A program made the translations under genes and the position numbers. A stretch of DNA of 64,000 nucleotides from Eledone cirrhosa. Its lineage: Eukaryota. The notes beneath the pieces were generated by a model. That model saw nothing but the letters and a program-made list of their open reading frames with translations, did not search any database and was not told where the DNA came from. Location of the stretch: NCBI GenBank assembly GCA_964016885.1, contig OZ024764.1:22692001-22756000 (forward strand), written 5' to 3'. Position 1 is the first letter of the stretch. Every line of letters begins with the position of its first letter. This document shows, piece by piece, positions 23,351 to 35,585 of this stretch.

Positions 23351-25135
23351 ATGTCGAAAAATATAGTAAAATCACCATTCCACTGTGATATCTGTGGTAA
23401 ATCATTCTCTCGTAGTAATCACCTAACTACTCACAAACGTATTCATACAGAAAAGAAGCTATATCACTGTGATATCTATGGTAAATCATTCAGTCACAGT
23501 AGTAGCGTCAGAGTTCACAAACATATTCATACAGGAGAGAAGCCATATCACTGTGATATCTGTGGTAAATCATTCAGTCGCAGTAATACCTTAACTACTC
23601 ACAAACGTATTCATACAGGAGAGAACCCATATCATTGTGATATCTGTGGTAAATCATTCACTTGTAGTCATCACCTAACTACTCACAAACGTATTCATAC
23701 AGGAGAGAAGCCTTATAAGTGTGATATCTGTGGTAAATCATTCAGTTACAATACTAGCGTCAGAGTTCACAAACAAATTCATACAGGAGAGAAGCCATAT
23801 CGCTGTGACATCTGTAGTAAATCATTCTCTGACAGAAGTAGCTTCCTTAAACACCAACGTATTCATACAGGAGAGAAACCATATCAGTGTGATATCTGTG
23901 ACAAATCATTCAGTCACAGTAGTAGCGTCAGAGTTCACAAACGTATTCATACAGGAGAGAAGACATATCACTGTGACATCTGTGGTAAATCATTCAGTCA
24001 GAGTAATACCTTAACTACTCACAAACGTACTCATACAGGAGAGAAACCATATCACTGTGATATCTGTGATAAATCATTCTCTCGTAGTAATAACCTAACT
24101 ACTCACAAACGTATTCATACAGGAGAGAAACCATATCACTGTGATATCTGTGGTAAAACGTTCTCTAAAAATAATAACCTAACTACTCACAAACGTATTC
24201 ATACAGGAGAGAACCCATATCACTGTGATATCTGTGGTAAATCATTCACTTGTAGTCATCACCTAACTACTCACAAACGTATTCATACAGGAGAGAAACC
24301 ATATCACTGTGATATCTGTGGTAAATCATTCAGTGACAGTAGTAGCTTCAGAGTTCACAAACAAATTCATACAGGAGAGAAACCATATCACTGTGACATC
24401 TGTGGTAAAACGTTCTCTAAAAACAATAGCGTAACTACTCACAAACGTATTCATACAGGAGAGAAGCCATATCAATGTGACATCTGTGATAAATCATTCT
24501 CTCAAAGTAGTCACCTAACTACTCACAAACGTATTCATACAGGAGAGAAGCCATATCAATGTGAAATCGGTGATAAATCATTCAGTGACAGTAGTAGCTT
24601 CAGAGTTCACAAACAAATTCATACAGGAGAGAAGCCACATCACTGTGACATCTGTGGTACATCATTCAGTCACAAAAGTAACTTAACTACCCACAAACGT
24701 ATTCATACAGGAGAGAAGCCATATCAGTGTGATAACTGTGGTAAATCATTCTCTCGTAATAACCTAACTACTCACAGACGTATTCATACAGGAGAGAAAC
24801 CATATCACTGTGATATCTGTGGTAAAACATTCACTAAAAATAATAACCTAACTACTCACACACGTATTCATACAGGAGAGAACCCATATCATTTTGATAT
24901 CTGTGGTAAATCATTCTCTCAGAGTAATCAGCTAACTTCTCACAAACGTATTCATACAGGAGAGAAGCCATATCACTGTGATATCTGTGGTAAATCATTC
25001 TCTCGTAGTAATCACCTAACTACTCACAAACGTATTCATACAGGAGAGAAGCCATATCACTGTGACATCTGTGGTAAATCATTCTCTCATAGTGGTAACT
25101 TAACCAAGCATGTGCGTATTCATACAGAAGTTTAG
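23351..25135 (+). CDS. Tandem C2H2 zinc-finger protein 2 (21 finger repeats; 3 with lost Cys, 1 with a 1-aa deletion)
   Basis: 594-aa ORF ending [11 protein letters not shown]; acceptor at 23139. Confidence 0.93.
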   Translation: MSKNIVKSPFHCDICGKSFSRSNHLTTHKRIHTEKKLYHCDIYGKSFSHSSSVRVHKHIHTGEKPYHCDICGKSFSRSNTLTTHKRIHTGENPYHCDICGKSFTCSHHLTTHKRIHTGEKPYKCDICGKSFSYNTSVRVHKQIHTGEKPYRCDICSKSFSDRSSFLKHQRIHTGEKPYQCDICDKSFSHSSSVRVHKRIHTGEKTYHCDICGKSFSQSNTLTTHKRTHTGEKPYHCDICDKSFSRSNNLTTHKRIHTGEKPYHCDICGKTFSKNNNLTTHKRIHTGENPYHCDICGKSFTCSHHLTTHKRIHTGEKPYHCDICGKSFSDSSSFRVHKQIHTGEKPYHCDICGKTFSKNNSVTTHKRIHTGEKPYQCDICDKSFSQSSHLTTHKRIHTGEKPYQCEIGDKSFSDSSSFRVHKQIHTGEKPHHCDICGTSFSHKSNLTTHKRIHTGEKPYQCDNCGKSFSRNNLTTHRRIHTGEKPYHCDICGKTFTKNNNLTTHTRIHTGENPYHFDICGKSFSQSNQLTSHKRIHTGEKPYHCDICGKSFSRSNHLTTHKRIHTGEKPYHCDICGKSFSHSGNLTKHVRIHTEV

Positions 25136-25786
25136 CTGTATCAATATCAAACTCATTACATCATACTACAACAACAACTATTGTGTAGATCCATCATCCT
25201 TGCTAAAACTGGGGATAACCTTGTAGGTTTTTACCTATGACAGGGATCATAAACACCAAGTTTCCATTTTTGAAGTAGTGTTTGAAGATTTTGTGTAAAT
25301 TAAAATTTTTCACATCAAACTTTGATTTATTATACTTTAACAGGTAAGATATATATTTGTATTTTTATTAAAGGTTTGGGAACTTCTGTAATTTAAACCT
25401 GCCAATAAAATGAAAACTTTTGTTGTTGTTAGTCAGACATTGATATTAATTCTATTGTCCTGTACTTTGTCTCAAATATCACAGATTAAACAGATTTTAA
25501 CAATAACAACAGAAATCAATAACTTGTAAGCCTAATATCTAGCTTCCATTTTAACTATTTGATATTGTTGTTCCCCTCCTGTCTCTTCAGGTCTTTTAGA
25601 TTTCAACTTCTATCTACTGTACTATTCCATCATCAAGGCAACATTCATCTGGCTGGCAGCTTACATCAACTACAGATCTCATCAGTGGTTCACAACAGGC
25701 TGCCTGAAAGAAACTTCCAGATATCTTCTATGTCATGGCTATCAATCTCCTCCTCCTTATCATATGTATCATGTAGAACATCTCTG

Positions 25787-26525
25787 AATTTATATTTAAC
25801 AGGGAGATCTTTTACTGTCCCTACCCTTTTCTCTAGGTTTTCTTGTATCTCTCTCACAGTCCCTCTAGATCTTATATTTAACAGGGAAATCTTTTACTAT
25901 CCCTACCCTTTTCTCTAGATTGTCTTGTACCAGTCTCACAGTCCCTCTCGATCTTATATTTAATAGGGAGATCTTTTACTGTCTCTACCTCTTTCTCTAG
26001 GTTGTCTTGTACCTCTCTCACAGTCCCTCTAGATCTTATATTTAACAGGGAGATCTTTTACTGTCTCTACCTCTTTCTCTAGGTTGTCTTGTACCTCTCT
26101 CACAGTCCCTCTAGATCTTATATTTAACAGGGAGATCTTTTACTGTCTCTACCTCTTTCTCTAGGTTGTCTTGTACCTCTCTCACAGTCCCTCTAGATCT
26201 TATATTTAACAGGGAGATCTTTTACTGTCTCTACCTCTTTCTCTAGGTTGTCTTGTACCACCCTCACAGTCCCTGTAGATCTTATATTTAACAGGGAGAT
26301 CTTTTACTGTCCCTACCCTTTTCTCTAGGTTGTCTTGTATCTCTCTCACAGTTCCTCTATATCTTATATTTAACAGGGAGATGTTTTACTCTCCCTACTC
26401 TTTTCTCTAGGTGGTGTTGTACCTCTCACACAGTCCCTGTAGATCTTATATTTAACAGGGAGATTTTTACTCTCCAACCCTTCTACAGATAGTCTTGTAT
26501 CTGTCAGTCCCTCTAGATCTTACAC
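25787..26525 (+). repeat. 82-bp minisatellite (~9 copies)
   Basis: Same unit as at 10797. Confidence 0.9.
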
Positions 26526-26812
26526 CTAGTATCTAGTCTATGTTGAGTGGTACGTCCTTCTCCAGTAAAGGAGTTAATATTCCCAACCATCTGTCTATCC
26601 TGTTTTCTGATGAGAATGAAGTCATTCTAGTTTATCTCTTCACCTGATTGAAGTAACTAGATCAAGTAACTAGATGTTTTCCTGTAAGTTAGTGTTGCAG
26701 TGTTTGTGTCACCATGTAAGGTTTATATCTATTAATATAGAGATGTAGTAAAGTTTTCACTGTTGTATCTCTACTTTCTAAATATCTTAATAATGTTTCT
26801 CTACTATTTCAG

Positions 26813-27255
26813 AATATCACATGACCTTGACAGAAAAGAGTCTTTTAAAGACAACAGAAAGATGTTACATACAAGTGATATAAATTTGTTTAGTCTGTGG
26901 TGAATTATGGTGAAATATTTCTTCTGAATTGAGATAAATAACAACATATTCCTTTTTCACTGTCTGGAATATTTACAAGATGATTTTACATTCTGATTAA
27001 ACTTTGGATATTTACAAAGGAGTTTTCAAAATATTTGGATATTGACAAAGATCACATTTGGTAAAATTATGAACAATAGAAATATTTACATCAACATAGG
27101 AATATTTTCCAGTAAAGATGGGAAAATCATTATACCACTGTAATATTTGTGGTAAAGTATTCTCTCTTCTTTATATGTAGAACATCTAACTAAACACTTT
27201 AACTAACAAACTATTGTGCTATAGAATTGACAAACTTGAAGAATGTTTAATAAAT
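26813..27255 (+). pseudogene. Decayed second zinc-finger exon paralog
   Basis: TTTCAG|AATATCAC acceptor; ATGGGAAAATCATTATACCACTGTAATATTTGTGGTAAA at 27118. Confidence 0.65.
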
Positions 27256-27308
27256 GTTACAGATTTCTCCAAACTGTCGTTTACTAACTTTAATTTGAAA
27301 CTATATTA

Positions 27309-27696
27309 TCTATACACTACTAAAACTCTGTGATTGTGTCTTGTCTGTAATTTAATACAGCTAAAACAGTGCATAATGGGGAAATACTTTGAAAAGAATA
27401 AAACAAGTTTTGTATAAAATGGAGCACAGGTTCCCAAGATACGGGGTTTTCTGGGTACCTTGATAAATATAGGGAGAGAAAGAGATAGTGGTTGTGAGAG
27501 TGTGGATTGAAAAGGAGATGGATGGAAAGGGGAAGAGAGAGAGAGAGAGCTGGTGGTGATGTTTAATAAAATGCGTGTGTATATATGTGTCTATATATAT
27601 ATATGTCTATATTTTAACTATTTGAAAATTAAGTGAACATGATTTAAAAAAAATAGTTTTAAGGGAACGTGACCCAACAGGTCCCGGGTGGTCTAG
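27309..27696 (+). mobile_element. Helitron-like element paralog
   Basis: A|TC start, CTAG|T end. Confidence 0.72.
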
Positions 27697-28046
27697 TTTG
27701 TTACTAAATACTAGATATTAGAGGGTCATGTTGTTCTAGATGTGCTGGAAGAGCCATTCCATCTCGTGAGGTTCACACCAGCAGCGAGCCACCTCAGCAC
27801 CTATGGTGGTATATTTATTATATTAATTATTCTTTATCATTAACATTAATATAAAAGATAGTTATATATTTTTAGAGAAGAACCTTTTTGTTGTGACACC
27901 TACAGAACCACTTTACAGTGTAGACTGGGTACTTTTTGTTGTGACACCTACATGACCACTTTACAGTTTGCACTGGGTGCTTTTTGCTGTGACACCTACA
28001 TGACCACTTTAAAGTTTTGGCTGGGTTCTTTTTGTTGTCACCTACA

Positions 28047-29776
28047 ATGCAGTTCGGGTTTGTGTCAGGCAAAAGTACCACAGACGCTCTTTTCATAGTA
28101 CGACAACTACAGGAGAAGTACCTAGCTAAAGGTAAACCCCTCTACTTAGCTTTTGTCGACTTGGAGAAAGCCTTCGACAGAGTCCCCCGCTCCATTATCT
28201 GGTGGGCTCTTAGAAAACTAGGCGTTGACGAATGGCTTGTGAGGGCTATACAAGCCATGTATAAAGAAACAGTCAGCAAGGTTAGAATTAACAACGAATA
28301 TAGTGAAGAGTTTAGCGTAAAAGTTGGCGTCCATCAGGGCTCTGTTCTCATCCCCCTACTATTTATTATTGCCCTTCAGGCTATAACAGAGGAGTTCAAG
28401 ACAGGCTGCCCATGGGAACTCCTATACGCAGACGACCTGACACTCATAGCGGAATCAATGGCCGAGCTAGAGAAGAAATTCCAAACATGGAAGCACGGCC
28501 TAGAGTCAAAAGGACTTAAAATTAACCTGGCTAAGACCAAAGTTCTAGTTTGTAGGAAAGAAAACAAGGCGGCGGTCCCTTCTGGGAAATGGTCGTGCTC
28601 GGTGTGTAGGAAAGGCGTAGGTAGAAACTCCATTTTATGTCTTAAATGCAAAGTATGGGTACATAAAAGATGTAGTGGGATCACAGGTAAGCTAACTAAG
28701 AACATAGATTTTACATGTGGCCGGTGTTCTGGTGCAATAAGTAGCAGCAAGTGCCCAGAAAATACTAGCTCATTCAACTGCGCAGAGGGTTCTATAGAAA
28801 TAGTGGACAGCTTCCGTTACCTGGGCGATAAAATCAGCAGTGGGGGAGGGTGCTCTGAAAGTACTGTAGCTACAGTCAGAACTGGTTGGAAAAAGTTCAG
28901 AGAGCTTATACCACTATTAGCTGCTAAAGGGTTCTCCCTAAAAATGAAAGGCAGGTTGTACGATGCCTGCATACGAACATCAATGCTGCATGGCAGTGAG
29001 ACCTGGGCATTGTGTGCAGAGGATATACGCAGACTAGAGAGGAACGAAGCTTGCATGCTCCGCTGGATGTGTAACAGTAATATACGTGAACGGCAAAGCA
29101 TAAACGAACTAAGGAAAAAATTAGAGATAAGAGGGATCAGATGTTGTTTACTTGAGAGAAGGCTACGTTGGTATGGACACGTGATGCGCATGAAAGTCGA
29201 TAGCTGTATAACAAAGTGCAGGGCAAAAAAGATAGACGGTAGTCACGGAATAGGCAGACCTAGAAAAACCTGGGACGAGCTGATAAACTCCAACATCACA
29301 CACTTACACCTCTCCAAGACAATGTCACTGGACCGAGACCTTTGGCAGTACTCAGTAACAGAGAAGACCCGCCTTACCTAAATATATAGTAAAACCTACT
29401 CCAGCCAGTAGGCATCTCTAACAAAATACACCCCGTCCCACCACCACCACCCCCACCCCATCCACACCACCCCGTTCTATGTAAAGTTATGTTGGTGCCG
29501 CGCCATCCATGCCGAAACAAATGAGATCGTGTAGGTGTCACGACAAAAAAAACACACAGTCCACGCTGTAATGTGGCCATGTAGGCAACATGGTAAAAAC
29601 CTCCCAGACCCACACTGTAAATGTGGTTGGTGTTAGGAAGGGCATCAAACTGTAGAAAACATGCCAGACAGTCCTATGCGAGCAAGACAATCACTCTTGC
29701 CTCAAGTGGGAATACCCCCGTCCAAACCCATGCAAGCGTGGAACACGGACGTTAAATGTTGATGTTGATGATGATG
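28047..29776 (+). mobile_element. Young 5'-truncated RTE LINE with uninterrupted RT C-terminal ORF (to 29381), 3'UTR and (GAT)n tail
   Basis: QFGF..STTDA..FVDLEKAFDRV..GVHQGS..YADD..FRYLG..RLRWYGHV..GRPRKTW; empty site CCTACATGACCAC at 62169. Confidence 0.95.
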
Positions 29777-30350
29777 ACCACCTTACAGTGTGGGCTGGGT
29801 ACTTTTTGTCGTAACATCTACATGACCACCTTATAATGTTGACTGTGTGTTCTTTACAGTGTGGGTTGGGTGCTTTTTGTCATATCTCCTATATGACCAC
29901 CTCAAGATGGTCACATAACATCCATGAGCTTGGCTGGTCTCTCTGGGAGATCCAGCCAGATCAGTTGGAGTGGGTTGCTTCTGACAGGACCTGTTGAAGG
30001 GAGTGTTTGAGGACTCTGCCCCCAAGACCCTTTCTGGAATAAGTGGGTTAATAAGAAGAGGTTGAGGTTACATCATCAACATCAGATTTCCCTGCTAGCA
30101 AGGGTTTAATGAGTCTACTTCAACCAAGTAAGTACTGAAGTGAGGCTACTGATCTCCCAGACAGACCAAGGATCTGAGACTTATTTACATAAGGTCTCAT
30201 TTGCTACTGAGTGCACAGAAAAGGTTGTCATGTCTTTGTCATGATTGAAGGGTTCTCCGACACTATTGTCGGGCAAGCTTTCTATGGCTAGATGTCCTTC
30301 ACATGACCAACCACATTACAGCCTGTGTTGGGTGTGTTTATCATGTAGGT

Positions 30351-32394
30351 GAGACATAACAAACTGAGGGTTCCCCAAGGACCACATAGGTCACATGTGT
30401 TGTCTGAGGGTTGCACACTACAACTAATTATGTACACGACAACTTATTAGTCATTTAATAAAATATATTGCAGAAAGATTTGTTACTTAAATTTAGAAAC
30501 ATACAATGTACATACAAATGTTTTAGCAGCATTCATGAATACAAAGTAATGAAGTAGTTTGACAAAAAAATAAAATTTCACATGTCAACATATACTTGCA
30601 GATTGTAACAGCAACAAATACATTGAACACAAATAACAACAGTTGAAAACTGAACATTTATTTGCTACTATTCAACCATTTTTAGTGTTGTGTCCTGAGG
30701 CTTGACACTTCTTTCTGTTGACAATTTTTGGTATGTCTGGCTGAAATGTCTGTACAGTTTCAACTTTAATCAGAAATGCCAAGTGTTGATCTGTCAGCCT
30801 TGTTCTCTGAGAAGTTTTTGTTAAGCTAAGTACAGACTCAGTATTGGCAGTGATTTTCAGCTCTTTGCACATAAGAAAATCAATTAAATTTTCATCTGAC
30901 AACGGAGATTTCCATAAGCTAAGTTTTCTAATGAAGAACTTGATGTCATCATACAACTGAGTGATGGGTTTGTTTTTACCTTGTAATTTCAAATTAACAT
31001 CAGTTAATTGTGCAGTAATATCCACAAAAGAATCCAGATGTTGGAGCCAACTTTCATCTTTTATTTCACCTGTGTTTTGACCTTTCATCTCCAAAAACAT
31101 AATTATTTCAACAAATAGAATCTTTTCAGCAGTTTGTGACATGTCAACCAGCAGACTTCTGTGTAGAATGGAACATCGGTGAACTGATTATCCATATCTT
31201 CCAACAACTGGCTGAACTGACGGTGGTTGAGAGCATGGCCTCTGATTTAGTTCACTGTCTTTGTGACCAAGCTAAGCACATGATGCAATTTTAAAATCTT
31301 TGAACATAAATTTTGCTGATGAATAATACAGTGAAAATGTGCAAATGATGAATCTAGATATGAGTTTTCTATTTTTGTTTGTAACTTGGTAGCAACACCA
31401 TTATGTCTACCAACCATATTTGCAGCACTGTCAGTAGATAAACATGCAAGTTTACTCAGATCAAAACCATGCAGACACTGTTTGACCTTCTCAAAGATGT
31501 CCTGGCTTGTTATAGTGTCATGCATGGGGACCAGTTCAATCAGTTCTTCATAAATATTAAATTCACTGTCACAGGCCCTGATGAAGAATGTAAGCTGTAC
31601 TATTCCAGTGATGTCAACAGTCTCTTCAATAGCAATAGAAACATGTTCAAACCTTGATGATACAGCCTTTAACTGTTGTTTCAGATCACCTGACATTTCA
31701 TTAATCTGTTCAGCAACAGTGTTACTGGTTAATGAAATGTCTTTGAATAAGTCTGCTTTCTCTGGACAATTTCAGCTGTTTTTACAAGACATTGCTTTAC
31801 AAAATCTCCTTCACTGTAAGATTTCCCACTCATGGCAATCATTTGACTGAGTTCATAGCTTGCAGTTACGGAAGTGACATTCTCTTCCTGAATTAACATA
31901 AAACAGGTCTGTTGCTGTGTCAAGTTAGACTTCAATTCCTTCAGTCTTGAAACACACATTAGGCCTTCATATTTATCGTAAGATCGAGGGTTTGTTTCAT
32001 AATGTCTTTTTAAATTGTACTCTTTTGGCGTGGCGATGTAGTTGTTGCAAATTAAACAGTGTATCTTTCTGTTCACCATTGGGCAAAAATACTGTAATTC
32101 CCACTTTTCTTGAAACACTTGCCCTTCTTCGTTCAATTTCCTTTTTCTCTTAGCTGGAGGAGCACTAACCATTTCAAAAACAAAAACTTTTGAAATTTTG
32201 AAAGAAAGTATTCTGTTAATGAGCTGCACGTGATTAATGGGAGTTAAAAGTCGTTGACAAAAATTGCAAAAAAAAATAATTGTATCGAAAATGTTTTAAA
32301 TTTTATATTACGAAAATGAAACATGCTCGCACTGTAAAAACCTTTGTGTGGGCCGCAGGTTTGCTTGCAAAGGGCCGCATGTTTGACATGTCTG
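30351..32394 (-). mobile_element. hAT DNA transposon, Buster/SPIN/GTF2IRD2-like, degenerate
   Basis: 8-bp TSD ATGTAGGT (30343-30350, 32395-32402); termini GAGACATAACAAAC / GTTTGACATGTCTG; ORFs with BED-like CLIC..KEYNLKRHYET and HCIIHQQNLC. Confidence 0.92.
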
Positions 32395-34247
32395 ATGTAG
32401 GTTACCAACACTAGGGAGGGCAGCATGTCCATCAGTGTCTTCTGCTACATTAACTACCAGGAGGTCACCACATGACACAAAGACTACATTTCAAAGAAGG
32501 GTCATAAAAGAACTAAATACGAAAGTCCTCACAGCAACAAGCAAATAATTGAGCTTTGGGTCTAGGTCAAGGGGCAGAAGTGCTGCGCCCTGTGGATAAG
32601 ACTGCAAAAGTATTCGCCCCGGACGATGGACAGTGACACCCACTGCAACAGCCACCCCAACCTCATGGGGCTCCCTCTTCAGAAGGGCCACCGACGTTCT
32701 GATCTTAGAGAGGAGCTTGGCAGTACGGGGTCTAAATACTTCTGAGGTCTCGATGGTGACCGGTGTGAAGAGACCTACAATTGATGTCATCCCAGTTATG
32801 TTGGACTGTAATATACTGGGGTATAGAGAGGCCTTAACCTGTCACAGCCGAGCCACCCAGGGTTGTGTCATCTAGGTACCAGACAGGGGTGACTAGACCA
32901 TGTTGTCAACTGTCAGCACCAATAGGAGTGAGGCGAGTGGGTCCCCTTGCTAGATACCATATATAAAAACGTATTTGCTAATTACTTTAGTGAATAATTT
33001 GTTTCATACGTAATTATTACTTTTAACACAATAGGATTGTGTACACGTGTTTGTTTGAAAACATCTTTCAAAGAAGTATGAGACAGTCTTTTGCAGTCTT
33101 CTGGAGTTGCGACCGATAGATAGTATTAGCTATTGGAAAGACCAATGGAAACATTGTTTCCTCGGTCCGATTTGACTAAAAGTCGATCATTAAAAAAATA
33201 TATATTTATATTTATAGATATAGAGAGAGAGAGAAACACACAAACGTACACTACTGTAAAACATATGTAAGGGGAGACAACTCTCGTTACACCCCCCCCC
33301 CTTCTTTTTGATATACGTCCTTTAAGTACGTTGTTCAATGGTACCTGCTTTATTTTGTGTCCTAAGTAGATTTCTGTTTAAGTATTTACGAGATTCACAA
33401 TGATTCACGTAACCAAGTTACTTACATAGAGATATATTTCACATCGAATCACAACAAATGAAAATATTAAGTCAACACTCTGTCAATCAGTCTCACATCA
33501 CATGGGGTGCCGGAGTCTCCCTCTAATACTTTCTGAGACAGTCTTACCTCGAGTGATAGCAAGGCTAAGATGTTGGAACTACCAAACACCCTCATATGTA
33601 TCACCTGACACTTCGGTAAGGAGAGCTGCCAACGATAACAAGAACCTCGTTGTCAGGGACCTATCTTCTCCAAACTTCTCCAACACCACAGACTAGAATA
33701 TTCTACTCTTTATTCCCTATCAAATATATTTCAGTCTAGTCATTTGTCTTGTATCTTGTATATGTATTTTCAAAACTAACTGTCACATTTGTGAGACCCC
33801 AGTTAGTGATGTTTTTGTCTCCCTCCCACATCCTACATGTTGTAGTAAAAGTGAGGGCCACTGCTTCTGTAGACGAACGAAATAAAAGTTAAACTACCAG
33901 TAATTATCGGCAAAGTATTTATTCCAGTCTGTGATGTTTGAGAAGCTGGGCTGCTGACAACGAAGTTGTGGTCACTGTTGGCGGCTGGCTTTACCGAAGT
34001 ACCCGATGACTCTTGTGAGGGTACTTAGCTGTTCTGGCGGTTTAGCCTCCATGACATGATTTTACTGAGATACCCGGTGATCTCTGTCAGGGTACTTAGC
34101 TGTTCTGGTAGCTTAGCCTCCATATGACCCGATCTTACCGAGATACCCGGTGATCTCTGTCAGGGTACTTAGCAGTTCTGGCAACTTAGCCCCCATATGA
34201 CCCGATTTACCGAAGTACCCGGTGATCTCTGTAAGAGTACTTAGCTG

Positions 34248-34895
34248 GGCATAGGTTAAGTTTTACGTCCTCGAAAATGAAACTAGGTTTTCTGACATGT
34301 GAATGTGTTTTTTTTTTTTTTACAATGAAATTTACGATACACTATTTGTTTATTTACAACAGGTCTCTATAGTGATATGGTGTTAATTAGTATTGCGTGT
34401 GTGATTATTTTCTCTTATATATATATGTGTGGGTGTGTATATGTGTGTATATATATGTGTGTCTGTATGTATATATATATATGTGTTTGTATATATATAT
34501 GTGTTTGTGTCATCATCATCGTTTACATGTTTTTACCCAAATCCCTTATCATTCTCTGTCCTTCCTATGACCCGGCCTTAATTTGTTTATAGTTGGTGCC
34601 AACTTTGGCAAGATATTACAAAAACATCTAAACGATGATGATGACACAAACACATATATATATACAAACACACATATATATATATATACATACAGACACA
34701 CATATACACACCCACACATATATATATAAGAAATAATAATCACACACGCAATACTAATTAACACCATATCACTATAGAGACCTGTTGTAAATAAACAAAG
34801 AGTGTATCGTAAATTTCATTGTAAAAAAAAAAAAACACATTCACTTGTCAGAAAACCTAGTTTCATTTTCGAGGACATAAAACTTAACCTATGCC
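34248..34895. mobile_element. Foldback MITE with ~280-bp TIRs and 8-bp TSD (Merlin-like signature), unit-3-specific
   Basis: CTTAGCTG|GGCATAGGTTAAG ... CTTAACCTATGCC|CTTAGCTG; the two mirror ORFs 34377+ and 34767- reflect the palindrome. Confidence 0.92.
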
Positions 34896-35003
34896 CTTAG
34901 CTGTTCTATTTTAATTACATTTACTGATTTCAACTTTCATTTTTTTATTACAAACTTTACATAATTTAATTCCGTAAAAATATTTTTACGTCACAAAAAA
35001 ACT

Positions 35004-35130
35004 TGACCTTTGACATTGAAGCATGCGCAGTGGTGCAGTTGTCGACTTCCTGTCCACGTGTCAGTCTTCCTACAACAACATTTAGACAACATTTCTGTAA
35101 TTACTAAACACCTGAGACTATAATGTAAGT
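35004..35130 (+). promoter_or_regulatory. Putative promoter/exon 1 of ZNF gene 3
   Basis: Same motif set; donor GTAAGT at 35125. Confidence 0.6.
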
Positions 35131-35585
35131 ATTATGTCTATTAATATTGTAGATTTAAGCTCACTCTTCACATCACAAATATATATTTTCTTGTTTGTTT
35201 CATTACTGGAAATATAAAATGTTATCGTAATTATCTATATTTTACCTACCTCTAATTAATTAAAGTGAAAACTTTTGTTGTTGCTGAAAAATAAATTAAC
35301 AAAACTAAATATTTAAATATTCTAAAGGTCGTTTTTATATTATGTGATGATATAATTAATATATTTTATTACAATTGTATAAATTTACAGTAGAATAACG
35401 TTGTAAATATGTTTTAAATATATACATAAATAACATAAGTGTGTAAATAACATTATAAATTGCTGGCAATTCCTTGAGAAAGACATTACAAATATATTGT
35501 CTAAACTGTGTATAATAATATAATTTATTGAACAATAATGATAAAGGAAAGAAAAACACAGTGGGAGATGGCAATTGACCACCAA

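Noticed and set aside
23721-24014. Alternative-frame ORFs within finger arrays (also 58948-59157)
   Set aside because: By-product of the 84-bp periodicity; no independent evidence
28017-28046. N-terminus of the 454-aa ORF as a real start
   Set aside because: First 10 codons come from the flanking 48-bp satellite; the element is 5'-truncated and lacks the endonuclease
30351-32394. Domesticated GTF2IRD2/ZBED-like host gene
   Set aside because: Multiple frameshifts plus TIRs and an 8-bp TSD indicate a transposon fossil
32467-32960. GC-richer segment resembling an old LINE fragment
   Set aside because: No diagnostic motif could be read with confidence; left unannotated
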